A stretch of DNA of 61,030 nucleotides, filler included, from Sphacelaria rigidula (GCA_964200075.2; 8 parts of 8 records of this genome joined end to end with filler, not necessarily neighbours in it); one strand, 5' to 3'. Counted from the whole stretch's first letter, positions 1 through 12,853 are shown. Numbers and translations: made by a program. The notes: generated by a model from the letters alone, not told the origin.

Positions 1-199
1 GCGTGGGACTATGTGTCCTGTCGGTCTAGTTGTTTGTTGGGGGTTGTTCGGAGCGTAGGAGAAAGGGGGGGGGGGGGGGGGGGGGGGGGGCGTACTCTTG
101 GTATACTAAACGGGCGAGGAGAAAATCAGGCCATCTGAATCCAACGAGTTACATTTTTGGCCTGGAAAAAGTTTGAGTATCGACTTTCCCAGACGGCCT

Positions 200-1765
200 T
201 GCTAAAATCATGGCTGTAGTAGTGGTGACCTGGCAGGAGGACGCACTGACGATATCGGAGAGCAAGACAGAGTCCATACGCCTCCGGTCAGCATTCAGTT
301 CCAGAGACCACCGCCCTGCACATCAGCGCCGCAGGCCAACGGTATAGCAAACGGCCAGGTTTGTTTCTACCTCGGTGGTGCTGTCACCGCGGATGCGAAA
401 ATTACCATCGAAATCAACCACCACACTGGCGCGGTGCGGACACGTCTCCGAAAGTATAGTTCCCAACTCTACGATCTACCCGACGCCCAGCGGTCCTTGA
501 AAATCCGGCTTCTTGAAAGTAGGGATGGTGGAAGCTCTGTTGTACGGGTGTGCCACATGGACCTTACGTTCCGAGGATTCCGATTGTCCGCGCATTACCT
601 GTCACGAGCTTTTGCGACAACAAGTTGAATTCCGTGGGAAAGATCGAACGGGCGACAAGACACTTTCGTGCAGAGCTGTGCTCAAGATGATCAACTGCGA
701 ATGTATGGAGACGGATATCCTCCAGCGTCAACTCTGGTGCGCGGGAGCCCTTATCCGACGGGACAAAAACGCCTCCCCAAACGCATCATGGACGGATGGT
801 CAGCTGCACCAGGGCTCGTGGAGGCTGACCGCAACGCCGAACACTGGCGGGGCAACGCCCACGAGAACCTACGTGTACTAGGGGTTCTCCCACGCCAAGG
901 AGAGCGCGACGGATATGGTTCGTCTACGGTGTAGAGGTTACCGACGCATACGATTGGGTCACTACGGCAAAGGACATGGGCGAATGGCATCTGAGAGTCG
1001 AGAAACGAGCGGAAGCGTTCGAGGGCACGCGGCCACGCGACAAACGAGAATCGGATCGCCGCCATGAACGAGAGGCTGTTGCGTCGAGAGCCGCCAATGG
1101 CAGAGGTGCTCTCGCTGGCACAAAAGCAACACGGCTCGCGAGAAATCCAAGATGGAAATGACCCAGAGAATGACCCGCTTTGTACCCGACGAGGGATAAC
1201 TGCGAGAAGCTGATTTAACACGGAAACTGATATACCTCTCTCCTATCGGTTGTTGATTCTGTGATTGGTCGGTGGTCTTGCGGTGTTCCCCGGTGTGTGT
1301 TCGTACCGGCTCTACTGCAATGTGCTCTTTGGGGTTTCATCACTAATGTAGTTTCCTTCTTCTCTGTTCTCCCCTCATTGCGCATCTCTCTCGCTCTATG
1401 TGCTCTTTCCTCCCAGCATTTGCAAGTAGCAGCTAGATGTCTCGCTTCCGTAGGGTTCACGGATGAGAGCTCCACACCCAAAATAGTTAAGGTTGAAGTA
1501 GATGAGCCGCAATCTCTTTCACCAACTTCAAGTTTTTTCATGGTAGGGTATGAGTGTTTACTTTTCGCGCAAGACCGTTTTCCACGGAAATCATGTTGCA
1601 GAGGCCGACCATTTCCATTTTTCTTTTTATTGTCTTCATGTTTCTTCAGCGACTGTTTCCGTTTTGCTGTCATCTCGGGTCCGTCCATCGTGTGGATAAT
1701 GACCACGGCTGGATCATGATTACCTAGGGGATCAGATAAGGTGCGACAAATCAATCGATCAATCA
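200..1765 (+). mobile_element. Decayed, 5'-truncated non-LTR retrotransposon (LINE): RT C-terminal/thumb region, 3' UTR and (AATC)n-like tail
   Basis: Frameshifted remnants of LINE RT-thumb motifs (LTISESKTE, YLGGAV, VEALLYGCATWTLR, QRQLWCAGALIR). Ends in a conserved 3' motif followed by aaatcaatcgatcaatcaa. Similar to the element at 54380-57850. Confidence 0.75.
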
Positions 1766-1886
1766 AGCGGAGCACGGGATACGTAGTAACCCCTGCGGGT
1801 TGGTGGGTCTTTGTGGTCCGACTTAAATCACATTTTCGCCTCGGGCTAAGAAAATAACGGTCATCTTGCATGCACGGTTGTGGTAG

Positions 1887-1949
1887 GTGTTCACAAGCTC
1901 ATGGACCCCGAGGGAGAGTGTGCAACGGCCAGAGCGTGCAAAGAAGCCG
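1887..1949 (+). CDS. Internal exon of an FMN-dependent alpha-hydroxy acid oxidase/dehydrogenase (glycolate oxidase/L-lactate dehydrogenase family)
   Basis: tag| acceptor and |gtgagt donor. Translates (G)VHKLMDPEGECATARACKEA(G), matching the family motif HPEGE.ATARAA..AG. Phase-compatible with the exon at 2980. Confidence 0.85.
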
Positions 1950-2979
1950 GTGAGTCTCTATCTCGTGTGCTGCTTCTTTGTCAGCGAGAGATTTGAAAAC
2001 ATTAGTGTCATTATTTATTGTTTTGCCTCTTCTTGTTGCACTCTGCCGAGTGGTAGATTGCTGCGACAATTAGTTGTCTGTTGTTGGTCTGTTGTTGTCG
2101 AGTGCGCATTCATTGGTCCACCAGACATTACTTTTTTTTCATATATTTTTTTCCCGTGTCGGCATTCGCCGACAAACGATCCCTGTTTTATGCGTTAGAC
2201 CCACCTTGCCTGTGCGATGTACGTCAACTGAGAATCTTCCCTTTATACTCAGTGCTTCCGTCAAGCGGGTGTACCTGGTAAGGTTCCATGATTTGGCCCA
2301 CAGATATTCAAGCTATTGGTCTGTTTGTTAGACGCAAAGAAATGTGCGACCCCAGAATGTCGGTGAATAATTGCACCGGCGCTTATGGACCCTCTAGCTT
2401 AAGAAAATAAGTCGGCATGTCATATCAGTCAACTTGTCGACGATCTTTGGATCGCCTTTAGTTCAGTACTCTTGCAAGGGGATGGGAATGCTGGGAATGA
2501 GACTGACTGCAGCATCTAATAATGTCATAGGACAGTGTTATAAGTATCCTGCGACTGCGAGTAGTTGTGTTTTTGTTGTTGTTGTATTGTCATCTTTGAA
2601 ATTGGCGATCATGATTTTATTTATGAGTTTTGTAGCATGAACACATGCACCCACTGCAATCGGTTTATCACAGTACAATGCCATAGTTGATAGTTTTTCG
2701 ATGTTCATCGCGATCATGCTTGTCGGTAACACTCCCATTCACCTAACAGAAAATGGAAAAGCAGAGTTGCTACGTACCTTCAGCAGATAAATATATATAT
2801 ATATATATATATATGTTTATTTACCATCTTTTCACGATATACGCCCCGCAAGACATGGCAGTGCAACCGAAAAAAATAATATATATATATATATATATAC
2901 CTGCTGTACCGTCTAGATAGATGGGCCGATTGTTGTTGATAATCATCTACATTCATATCTGTCAATAACTTCCTCCCAG

Positions 2980-3112
2980 GGACCCTGATGGGCGTCTCTC
3001 AGCATGCCACCGTGAGCCTGGAGGACATAGCAAGCGCGGCCCCGGGCACCCCGTTGTGGTTCCAGCTCTACATCCTCAAAGACAGGGATTTGACGGCAGA
3101 CATCATACGAAG
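2980..3112 (+). CDS. Next exon of the FMN-dependent alpha-hydroxy acid oxidase/dehydrogenase
   Basis: cag| acceptor, AG|gt donor. Translates GTLMGVSQHATVSLEDIASAAPGTPLWFQLYILKDRDLTADIIR, with the family signature SLEDIA...WFQLY..KDR. Confidence 0.88.
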
Positions 3113-4732
3113 GTGGAGAAAACCATACCTGAGACAGGAGGCGACATATCCTCAAGTTTCTGCCCCCCCCCCCCCCTCCGTTTTTCAACTTCATGAGCAC
3201 CGAAATGTCGGAGGTATCTCTATTAGGAATAGGGACGGTGCTTCGTCTCGAAAGGGATGCGTGGTGAGTGGTCAAACGACTGAGACAAGCAACAAATGAA
3301 TGCCCCCCCCCCCCTTTTCGGCCATATTGTGAAACGATGCTTGTCCTTGTCATACACTAATTAGAATTTTTTATTTTCTATGTGGCAGTATCCACACTAT
3401 AGAAAAATGCTTCTGATTTTGGCAGAAAACCACCGTAGAAGAGGTATGAAGGCACCTGTAAAAGCTGCATGAGAGGAAGGAGTCATGTACAGCACATGGA
3501 CAACTAGTTTGGTGAACTGTTTTTCCAAACGCGCGCGCACACACACAATTATAGGTGGTGGGGACCTGGTCTTCAGGTAACCGATATTCAACCGCCTCGC
3601 TACGTGTTTTTCAAGTATCACATCATTTTTTTTCTTCACTCGCAGTCAACTTCTACCAAAGTCTCGAAAACAGTGTACGTCCATGCTCCGAGTCTTCTGT
3701 AGTTACTTACTTTGAACACTTAGGGATCACCTTCATCCTCGGAAATCTGACGATGTCTGCCAGCCTAATTACTTGGACTTGGAGTACCCTGCTTCCCCCC
3801 CTCTCCCGCCGGAATACGTGACCTTAGGAAAAAGTTGTGTGTGGTGCAGTATCTGAGAGATATACCACCCCCTATGACAGCCTTGCGACAGTGCGCGTGC
3901 ACTCACATGAGACCGCACACACACAAAATAGTCGCGGTGTTCTTTTAGAGAACGGAGTTCTTGACGGAACGACGAATGCTAATAGTTGAGTTGTTTTGAC
4001 TGTTGACATCGTTTGCCTCTCTCAGCACTCATGCTAGTTGGTACGAATATATTGAGGATGGCAGTCCCGCGACTTGGGGAAGATGGGGGCGGGTCCAATT
4101 AATCGGCTCTGAAAAATGATCCACAGCGTATACGTCAGGTGGATAACAGTTTCATATGTGCGCTCCAGGGAATTTGTTCAAAAACATAGTTCATTTCAAC
4201 CGAACAGGATCAGCTTGATTGGCGTTAGAGTTCGGGTGGCGGATCAGTCAGGTAGCGGCGTACTATGCATACTTGGTCTATACAAAATATATCTCGGGTT
4301 TGAGGTGTTGTGTAACATACGTACCATTACCCTACGACTGAAAAAGAGTGTTCCTGCGGTAGGGGGTATACTGATGATCTTGTATGCCGTAGTCATAAGA
4401 CCATTGGCCTCGCGTTCCTACAAAGCCGGGACGGAGGACGTCGGGTTTCCGCCGAACCAGGTTACGATAGGGAGAGGGGGGGGAGAGGGGGTTGATTCCA
4501 CGAAAAACAGGGACCCAAAGATCTGTCAGACGACCCAACATACTCGCGGTGCGCTTGTATGTCGGTGAAACAATGTCCAGCAGTATGAGTGAGTGCGTCT
4601 TTTTCGTACCAAGCGTGCTCGAACAAAATCTTCTGCTTTCAACAACGATTTGCGGTGAATTTTAGAGAAATAAATGATCCAAAATAGCCCCCCCCCCTCC
4701 CCCCCAAACGGGGGGACAGTACATATGATATA

Positions 4733-5173
4733 TTTTTGCTGTCGTGCGGTTTTGACACGCGATAAGCGACACGCACGCGCCTTTGGCCGCGGCTGAAGGC
4801 GAGTCACTGCAACGTTCGCTTTTGCCCATAGGTCAGGGTCGATACTGATCCACAGCCGTCTTTGACAACGGCCAGCACCGACGCTGACCCACAGAGATAT
4901 TTGACTACGACTAGCGCTAACAGTGATCCTCGAAGGAACCAGCCCGGTTTCTGAGGACACCAGTTCGGTTTGTTCGATCATCACTGTCGGCGCTAGCCGT
5001 AGTCAAATGCGGCTGTGGGTCAGTGTCGATGCTGGCCGTGGACAGAGACGGCTGTGCGTCAGAGTCGGTGCGGCCGATGTCGAACGCTAACGTTTCAGTG
5101 ACTCGCTTGAAGCCTTTGCCGAAATAGAACGGGTCTCGCTCATCGCGGGTCAAAACCGCACGGCAGCGAAAAA
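4733..5173. mobile_element. Foldback/MITE-like imperfect palindrome (arms ~200 bp)
   Basis: The left arm (tttttgctgtcgtgcggttttgacacgcgataagcga...ctagcgctaacagtgat) is the diverged reverse complement of the right arm (atcactgtcggcgctag...tcgctcatcgcgggtcaaaaccgcacggcagcgaaaaa), with a short central spacer. Confidence 0.75.
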
Positions 5174-5983
5174 GCAGCTGACACAGACCCCTCGTGCGTC
5201 TCCCTGTGTGTACGTCTGGCCTCAGGCGCTATATCGGGGACTGAAATAATACGTGTTTCGATTCATGTAAGCCCATATATCGAATACATCACTTGATACG
5301 GGTAGTATATATAGCTTCGGTGGCTCGCGACGCCACACTCAATGTGGCGAGACCCAACATACGGAGAACTCGCGATAGTTACCTACGTGGCGTAGCCTGG
5401 TAGATGCATTGTGTGCGTCATCTGGCAGATGTGTTTACGGGGGCAAGGCACAAAATAAAAAAATGTACTATTGGTGTTCAGTAACAGCGTCCGACGGGTA
5501 GGTGCTGCAAGGAGAGGATTTAGCGAGAGTGGATGCTTTGTGTACATGCACCCCAAAGCGGCGTAGTTCTTGCAACTTGCAGAGGGTGAGCAGCATCGGG
5601 TAACCCCGCCGTTGTTGCACCCCGCAACCATGGAGAGGCCGATCACCTCGCCATGAGTGTAACTGGTAGCCTCTCGCTTGGTGCCCGGAGGAGTGGCGGT
5701 ACAGATTTTCCCGCGAAGCCGTTGTGGAAGAATGAGTGAGTGCGGAGGGGGTGAGAGTGGTGTCGACGAAAATGCTGGAACAACCCACCAGGGACGAGGT
5801 GTACATCGACCCGAGACAGGAGAGCGTTACAGCGATCACAAACTCGCACACAACAGTTGTCCCACCGCTGAGAGACCGGTGTATGGACGGACGGGTCACA
5901 GAAACCAGAACCGGACAAACTCACGTATGAAACAGTAGGGCTGGCTGAGCAGGGAGACATTGACCCGAGCCGAGAGCGTTTGA

Positions 5984-6085
5984 CCCTTGGACCGCGGAGA
6001 GGGTAGTTCATCTGGATTACGCACATCTTCTTCGAGTAAATATTAAAGCCGATTCAGTACGTGACCTGCCCTCGCGGTCTAAGGG
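5984..6085. mobile_element. piggyBac-type MITE, degenerate copy (~102 bp)
   Basis: ttga|CCCTTGGACCGCG...CGCGGTCTAAGGG|ttaa. TIRs and an internal gccgattca motif are shared with the copy at 14083-14180. Confidence 0.65.
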
Positions 6086-7044
6086 TTAAGATGGTCACAA
6101 TCCGTACGCCCACTGCGATGTGCAAACGGTCACGTCGTAGAAATCGAAACCAGAGGGGGCAATGCACTCGAGCTAGAGTCGGTCTTATCGAAAGGAATAT
6201 GAAGAGAAGGTCGAGCACCAACGGGACGGGGTAGATCGTCTCGAGAAAAAGCCAAAGCGTTGTTGCACAGAGGAAACAAGAGGCGAGATGAACGGTCACA
6301 GGAAGGGAAGCGCGAGCAACTAATCTACTGTTGTGGATCCAAGTCAAACGATCAGGTAACGAAAAATTGGAACGCACACAGTGACACGAGGAGGAAGGTA
6401 ACCACAGACTGTGGGAGCGACTTGAAGCATTCACCGCTGCCGAAACCGGTAGTACCTCAAAGCTACAGCTGCTTGCCAGAAGACCAGAGACGAGGAAATG
6501 AATGAAACAAATGGATCTCAACGCGACGCAGCCGGAAATGGTAAACACAGCGCGGCGCCTAAGCCTATCACGTGTGTTGGACAATCCTGCCGGATCAGTT
6601 ATTGTTCAACTAAGTGCCTCATGCGCTCCCGCCAGGTAAGCAACGAGGGGCTGCGGCGACTTCGCAAGCATGCGCCGCAGCCAACAAAAGTAGCCGTAAG
6701 CTACGTCTAGTTTGCCAGAAGAGCAGAGAAAATCGAACAGATAGACCTGTACATCGCGCACCGCAAAGCCATGCGCCCGGTGCCGAACACAGCGCGGACA
6801 GCAAATGTACTTACTCTAGGTCCAAGTAAAACAGAAAACACGATTAAATTTAAGTGACTGCATTTGAAATGTTGGCCTATCAGAGCTCGATAGATGGAAT
6901 GCTGGGCTGTTAGCAGTCCAGGGAAAATTTTCCCTGCTGCATTCTCAGGGAAAAGATAAGTGATATGATCGTTGAGACATTTTCCCCTCGTCAGAGTCCG
7001 TTTGAACGAGAGAAGGAAAGTGAGAACGCGCCGTGAGAGTACGA

Positions 7045-7542
7045 GTGATTCTGGCGGTTTTGGTCGTTTTTGTTCTTGTCCTTCCCATCGGTTGAGAGGG
7101 GTTTTGATCAATTCTGTTCTTGACCTTCCCATTAATTGAGAGAGGTTTTGCTATTTTTTTTCTTCACCTTCCGATTGGTTCAGAGAGATTTTAATCGTTT
7201 TGTTTTCTTCATCTTCCCATTAGTCGAGAGAGGTTTCGATCAATTGTTTTCCTCACCTTCCGATTGGTTGAGAGAGGTTTTAGTCATTTGTTTTCTTCAC
7301 CTTCCGATTGGTTGAGAGAGGTTTTGATATATTTTTTTCTTCACCTTCCGATTGGTTGAGAGAGGTTTTGGTCATTTTTTTCTTCACCTTCCAATTATTT
7401 GAGAGAGGTTTTGATCCTTTTTTTTCTTCACCTTCCGATTGGTTCAGAGAGTTTTTTTTTTTTTCACCTTCCCATTTGTTGAGAAAGGTTTTCATCATTT
7501 TTTTCTTCATCTTCTCATTGTTTCTGACAGGTTTTCATCATT
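7045..7542. repeat. Minisatellite, ~45-bp unit, about 11 degenerate copies, running into the contig end
   Basis: Repeated tcttcaccttccgattggttgagagaggttttg...ttttt units. Confidence 0.9.
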
Positions 7543-7642
7543 NNNNNNNNNNNNNNNNNNNNNNNNNNNNNNNNNNNNNNNNNNNNTTAATTAATTAANN
7601 NNNNNNNNNNNNNNNNNNNNNNNNNNNNNNNNNNNNNNNNNN
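7543..7642. other. Artificial contig linker (N44-TTAATTAATTAA-N44). Identical linkers at 15185-15284, 22826-22925, 30467-30566, 38108-38207, 45749-45848 and 53390-53489
   Basis: A six-frame stop oligo flanked by N runs. The contigs between linkers are all 7541-7542 bp long. Confidence 0.98.
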
Positions 7643-7830
7643 CGTACTCATTTGTTGCTTGCCTTAGTCGTTTGACCATTGACCACGCATCCCTTTTAGA
7701 CGGAGCACCATAGACCATAAGGGGGGGGGGGGAAATACATCATCAACGAGACTGTGATTTGGATCAAGACCCTGGTCCATTTCCCTACTCTCATATCTAC
7801 CCCCTATCCCGCCATGGGGGGGTAAATCGC
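7643..7830 (-). mobile_element. 3' end fragment of a dispersed retroelement; related copy at 58483-58730
   Basis: cgtactcatttgttg.ttgcctt.g.cgtttgaccattgaccacgcatcccctt..gacggag.accat is shared between the two loci. Confidence 0.55.
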
Positions 7831-8254
7831 AGCCACCGATATAATACATCGCCTGTCTTGAACAGCACCCGAAAAAACATCCACAAAAAGCTGGCGCATG
7901 CCTATTGGCTACAATGTTCCGTTTTACAGTAACCCTGACAACTGCCCATGCCCACTTTTCCCCCGTGCATTCACACCTACAAGAAGCCATACTCGGAAAA
8001 CTCGCGGGACTGCCAGCGGGACATATCTCGGAACACAAAAACATGGGCTGTGACCGGATGTAGCAAGAACAAGAAAGAAAAAAATCACCACCAGCACCCG
8101 CAGAAGCCAAAATGTAGCCAGTAAGTACAGCGCAGAATCGCATAGTATACGTCATGCACCAGGAATGAGGCGAAAACCATCTAAACCATCAAACACGCCT
8201 CCCTGTACCTCGACCTGCTACGGCAATACGTGCACAGATGCATATAATATAACG

Positions 8255-8256
<2 letters not shown>

Positions 8257-8316
<60 letters not shown>
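8257..8316. repeat. (CA)n microsatellite in a sirtuin intron
   Basis: About 30 uninterrupted AC units. Confidence 0.95.
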
Positions 8317-8317
<1 letters not shown>

Positions 8318-8366
8318 GAAACGGTCATAACAAAAGCTCAACGAACGCAAACCCAGGACCACTCAC

Positions 8367-8599
8367 AAGGGCGTCAATGTTCTGCGTGATGACCCGAACA
8401 CCAGGAAACGCAGTGGCCAGTCCCGCGATCGCCTCGTGCCCGGCGTTGGGGATCATGCGCGTGAAGCTCAGCGGAAAATGCCGCAGCCAGAACTCGTTGT
8501 ACCAGCGGACGGGGTCGCGCAGGAACACAGACCGTCTGCCCTGAGCCGCTGCGGTGACGCACCAGATCGAATCGCTGCCTCCTCTGAACGTGGGAATGC
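8367..8599 (-). CDS. Sir2-family NAD-dependent deacylase (sirtuin), exon 2
   Basis: caacag| acceptor, |gtgagt donor. Translates (G)IPTFRGGSDSIW...FLRDPVRWYNEFW...PNAGHEAIA...VITQNIDAL, containing the sirtuin GIPxFR, PNxxH and TQNID motifs. Phase-compatible with exon 1. Confidence 0.92.
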
Positions 8600-10261
8600 C
8601 TGTTGTTTGAGGGATGCAGCACTATAGATTAACGTTCACGAAGCATGACAAGTGTCCACAAAGGAAACATGCTTGAGCTGATAGTATCTGTGTTTTGTAG
8701 AGGCTACTGAGCTCTAGTCAAGGACTGCCCCCATGATATACTACGAGTAGAGAGTAATGTGCAGCATACAGAGGCAGTGTATATGCAGGAGGCATACGCT
8801 CTATGTCCCTGAAGTCACCTCGGCTATGAGGCGCAAAGTGTATTTTGGTAAAACTGTGTACGTGACGATGCCGTGGTCGGGTGTACTAAAAACATAAAAC
8901 AAACAGGAAGTTGGTGAAGAAAGAAAAACACGCGTATATATACACATACATTTATTTGTTCCCCCATTTTACCATCAAACCAACGCCCGATTTTGGCAGA
9001 TTATAGCCATTTGATTGAGAAGTCAAACTTTGAACAAGACATTTCTGATTGAATGCGATATTTTCAGGCTTTCGATAACCACGACTCGTCACGGTGTCTG
9101 CTCGGTCCCAAACTTTAGGAGTCGAAAGACGTAATCACTCGACACAAGTTTCGAGAAAAAATAAAATAATTCACGACTTATTTTTGAACGTGATACGGGC
9201 TCACCAATCTTCGAGGGTCCTATGAGTGTACAGTCCGCAGTTCTCGCTCTTTGATATTTTCGCTCGACCGAACCGATCCGGACCGTTACAACAAAATAAT
9301 TCTACATTATGGCTTCAGGTTATTTATTTTCTCGATATCCAGTGCGCTACAGAAAGAGTATTTTTGGGCCATACGCGGTCAATAATGCAGCCCTACATGA
9401 ACGAGGTTTTACCACGAATCTTTCCGACAACACGAAATAGGGAAATGTGTCCTGAGGACGACCAGCTTCTTTTTCTAACGCCTACCGACGCTCAAACTCT
9501 CGATTACAAGTGACAAATCGTCTGTGAAACAATCTCGATTGAGTGAGAACCATACTCGAAGTTTGACTATCGTGCCACTTTCGGCTGAATTTGGACATGT
9601 TGTGCGGGTGTTAGAGTAGGAAAAAGGGATTACTTAACCAAGTGCGTTCCGACAATGCGTAGGCAGCATAGTTTCAAGGAAAAAGATAAACAACGAATGT
9701 TTTCTGCGTTTCCCTGCATGTTTCGCAATTTTCCCAGGTTTTCCATATTATCTCCAAATTTTCTCCGAATGTATGTGTTCGTGTGCGTGTCGCCATTCCA
9801 TCTTTTCTGGACGCCAATCTACGCCTTTTGGTAGATGAGCATCAGCCGGGGTCACACAGGAGGAAGGACAACACAGGATTTTTTTCTTTCTTTCGTTGTA
9901 GTCCTCCACTTTCCGGATAGGGGAGAAATAAAGCCATCTTCGAGACTGATTTGCTTTCGGTCGTTCGGCCGCGTGAAGGAAGTGCTTGATTTCTTTGCTT
10001 GACTGTCGCTCTTGAACGAATCCCCAGGGATACAGTCGTGGTGGCCATTATCCACACGATAGACGTACCCGAGACCAAACAAGGCACATATACAGGTCAT
10101 TATCCACACTAGCTGAAGAAAAGTGAAGAAAACAGAAAAGGTAGAACAGACAAACAGAATAGACTGTGAAGAAGAAAAGAAGCGAAAATAAGTGAAAATA
10201 AGTGAGAAGAGAAGCGCCAATGCTATTCTTTGTCGATAATATGGAGGCTTTCCGAGAGAGG

Positions 10262-10616
10262 ATTCCAATATATTCTGAACGCCAGTCTACTCCTTTCGAT
10301 ATATGTGGGCGCAGCAGCTGGGTCACGCAGGGAGAAGGCCAACACAGGAGTTTTTTGTTACAAAATTGTTTGTAGCACTCCACCTTCCTTCCGCGGTGCT
10401 TGCCTATATATATTTTTTATCGCGAGAGGGGCCCAGCGGTTCCTTTCCCTCGTCGACCGCGAAGTCGAATTTTGTGTACCCACGCCGTCGTCGCTCTCCA
10501 CTGTTGGGTATGATGTGAGAAAAAATCCCAGATCGTGTGACTCACCAAGGTTCGAATCCACGACCCAACCGTCATGAGGTTTCGAGGTCACCAACTGAGC
10601 CACCTGGGCGACCGGC
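10262..10616 (-). mobile_element. tRNA-derived SINE (in sirtuin intron 1)
   Basis: Minus-strand head gccggtcgcccaGGTGGCTCAGTTGGt (A box) ... GGATTCGAACC (B box), followed by a ~280-bp body shared with the copies at 36585-36903, 38208-38327 and 51535-52015. Confidence 0.8.
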
Positions 10617-11753
10617 CAAACCTCCCAACAACGCCAACAGAAAGCAGTCCGACTCGTAAAAAACACGAAAAAAATATCGGACACCGTCCAAAGGGTCCGT
10701 ACGAACATGACCAAGCAAATTCATTGCGGGACAGGGAGAGTAGGAGAGTATACGAGTATATGTAAATATATAGTACTCAACACTCGGGCGTGTCCAATAC
10801 TCTTCTTGTATGGATCCATCTATGATATCGTACACAGCAACAACAGATGTTTGCCATGCGGTACGCAGAAGCTGTGCTGCAGTATTGTTTTGTGTTGCAC
10901 TGTTGTCTGTCGATGATGTGCTCGTCAACGGAAGCAACAAAGCACGGATGGCCCATGGCAAAAACCTATTCTGCGTTCGTACCTGTATATATACACCACA
11001 ATGAGACAAGTTCAGTCGTACCGGCATCATGGGCACGGAGACGCGGGGTTCCATTGTATTGCCACGGTTCGGTTCGTTATGGTTCAGTACAGAATACAGT
11101 ACAGTACTGTTGTGCAGTATACACAGATTGATGGATCGGCGCATTTATCATTTTTCACTTTGATCGAGCAAGCTACTCGATCATTCTTTTTGCTGACAGC
11201 TGACCATCCGTACGAGGCGGAAATCTCAACACGAGAGAGATACAGCACAGAATGGTATCATCTCCGCCAATCTCCAAGCTAATTCGTTCCGTCGTACAGT
11301 GGGTGCGGGGCGGGGGGCGGGGGGGGGGAGTGATGCTGTACATACTGTGTGTACTGTACAGGAACATGCGTTCTGATGGTCCATTATACTTTTGTTACAA
11401 TACAATGGCGGATGCGTGACAGTGGTAATTATTGTTGTACTCCTGTTCCAATGTCGTTTGTTCTGGGCGGGGACCTCGGTAGCATGGAGAACAGGGGTCA
11501 TGTTAAATACACTACCTACAAGCTATATTGCGTGAAAGTGTGCTACACTGACTGCATGCTGCGTCGGTGGCGGCCCTCTTTGCTCTTGAACGGCAATCAA
11601 CGCGATCGTGTGTGTTGCCTGCGGGTGAACTCCGACCCAAGTTGCCGTCATTCCTCTCGACCGTAGCGAATCTGCACCACGGCTGCTCTACAGACAATTG
11701 ATACAGCAGGTACAGTGGAAGCAGTCCATGAGTGTAAGGATAGCGAAACTCAC

Positions 11754-11889
11754 CGCTCGCGGCCGATAGACCAGCTCCAGTAATGAGCACCACCGACTTG
11801 CCGGCCTTGACCATCTGGGACAGCTCTGCCAGCGTCGTGTCCATTTCACACACGCTGCTGCGATGGCTGCGCGTACTTGGTCCGCTCAT
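11754..11889 (-). CDS. Sir2-family sirtuin, exon 1
   Basis: ATG at 11889. Translates MSGPST...KAGKSVVLITGAGLSAAS(G), with the GAGxSxxSG NAD-binding motif, then a |gtgagt donor. Confidence 0.9.
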
Positions 11890-12853
11890 GGCACTTCACC
11901 CACGTGCTGTGATGTACTGTTGTCCTGCCTTTGTATGACACTGCAGCGGGAAGCAGGATGGGCCGTGTAGCTTCACAGTGCATTGCTCAAGTCTGCTGAC
12001 TCTATGATTGCACTGCTGTCCAGCGTATCGAAGCTCTTGCGGGACTATAGTTCAGGTCTTGGTATCTATACCGGGCGTGTTCTCCCAACGTCTGTTTGAG
12101 GCGATCGAATATGGGACCCAGGATTCGCCAGATTTTTATACCTGATTCCAGGTCGTCGAAAGACACTACTAGACAACAGACACCAGCACAAGTATCTCTG
12201 TAGGCGTATCAACTCCTCCTCACACAGCACGCACCTTGCGCAGAAACGCACGCGGTAGTCAATCACCAATCCACTGGAATTTCCCCAGAGTTATCAAGCG
12301 ATGGTAGTTTCTCCGCAGCAGCAGCAGGTAGGTGATAGTCTGATGCTGTAAACACGACTGTTGATCGACGGTGATGAAAAAGATGCCAATGTGTTATCGC
12401 TGTGGAGGCGTTCCCATCTTTGCATCACAGTAACCCATCGGTTCTGATCCATTGTGAAAATATACAGGACTCTCCACGCACCCACAGATGAAATCTTGAA
12501 CTGTACGACTACTGTACCATATAGATCCTCAGGAACTAGTTAGTTATACTGTATATATTTTTTCTTATATATTAAAACTTATACAATTACTTGTATCACC
12601 GAGCAAGGGCCCGGTACTGCGGAATATACAAGTTTTCCGCCGGAGGGGCTAGCGATACTAATTAAACACCGGCAACGAAAGCCGAAAGGGGAGGAGGGGG
12701 TATGTGGTAAACGCAGGACATATACCAAGCGAAGGAGGGGTACTACACATTTTTGCTTTACCCAAGTGCAACACCAAACTCCAGGGCTTTTGTCTGTCTA
12801 TTTCTATACTTGCCGTGGCTGCGTTCATGAGCAGACTGACGGACGAGGTAGGC

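Noticed and set aside
3985..4020. VVLTVD-like translation as the next oxidase exon
   Set aside because: There is an in-frame stop immediately upstream, no suitable acceptor, and no preceding AE.AG motif.
7045..7542. Regularly spaced ~30-bp conserved core that could be mistaken for a CRISPR array
   Set aside because: The intervening segments are short, T-rich and homologous to each other rather than unique spacers. There are no cas genes and the context is eukaryotic. It is a minisatellite.
7587..7598. TTAATTAATTAA palindromes as regulatory or recombination sites
   Set aside because: They are part of the artificial linker.
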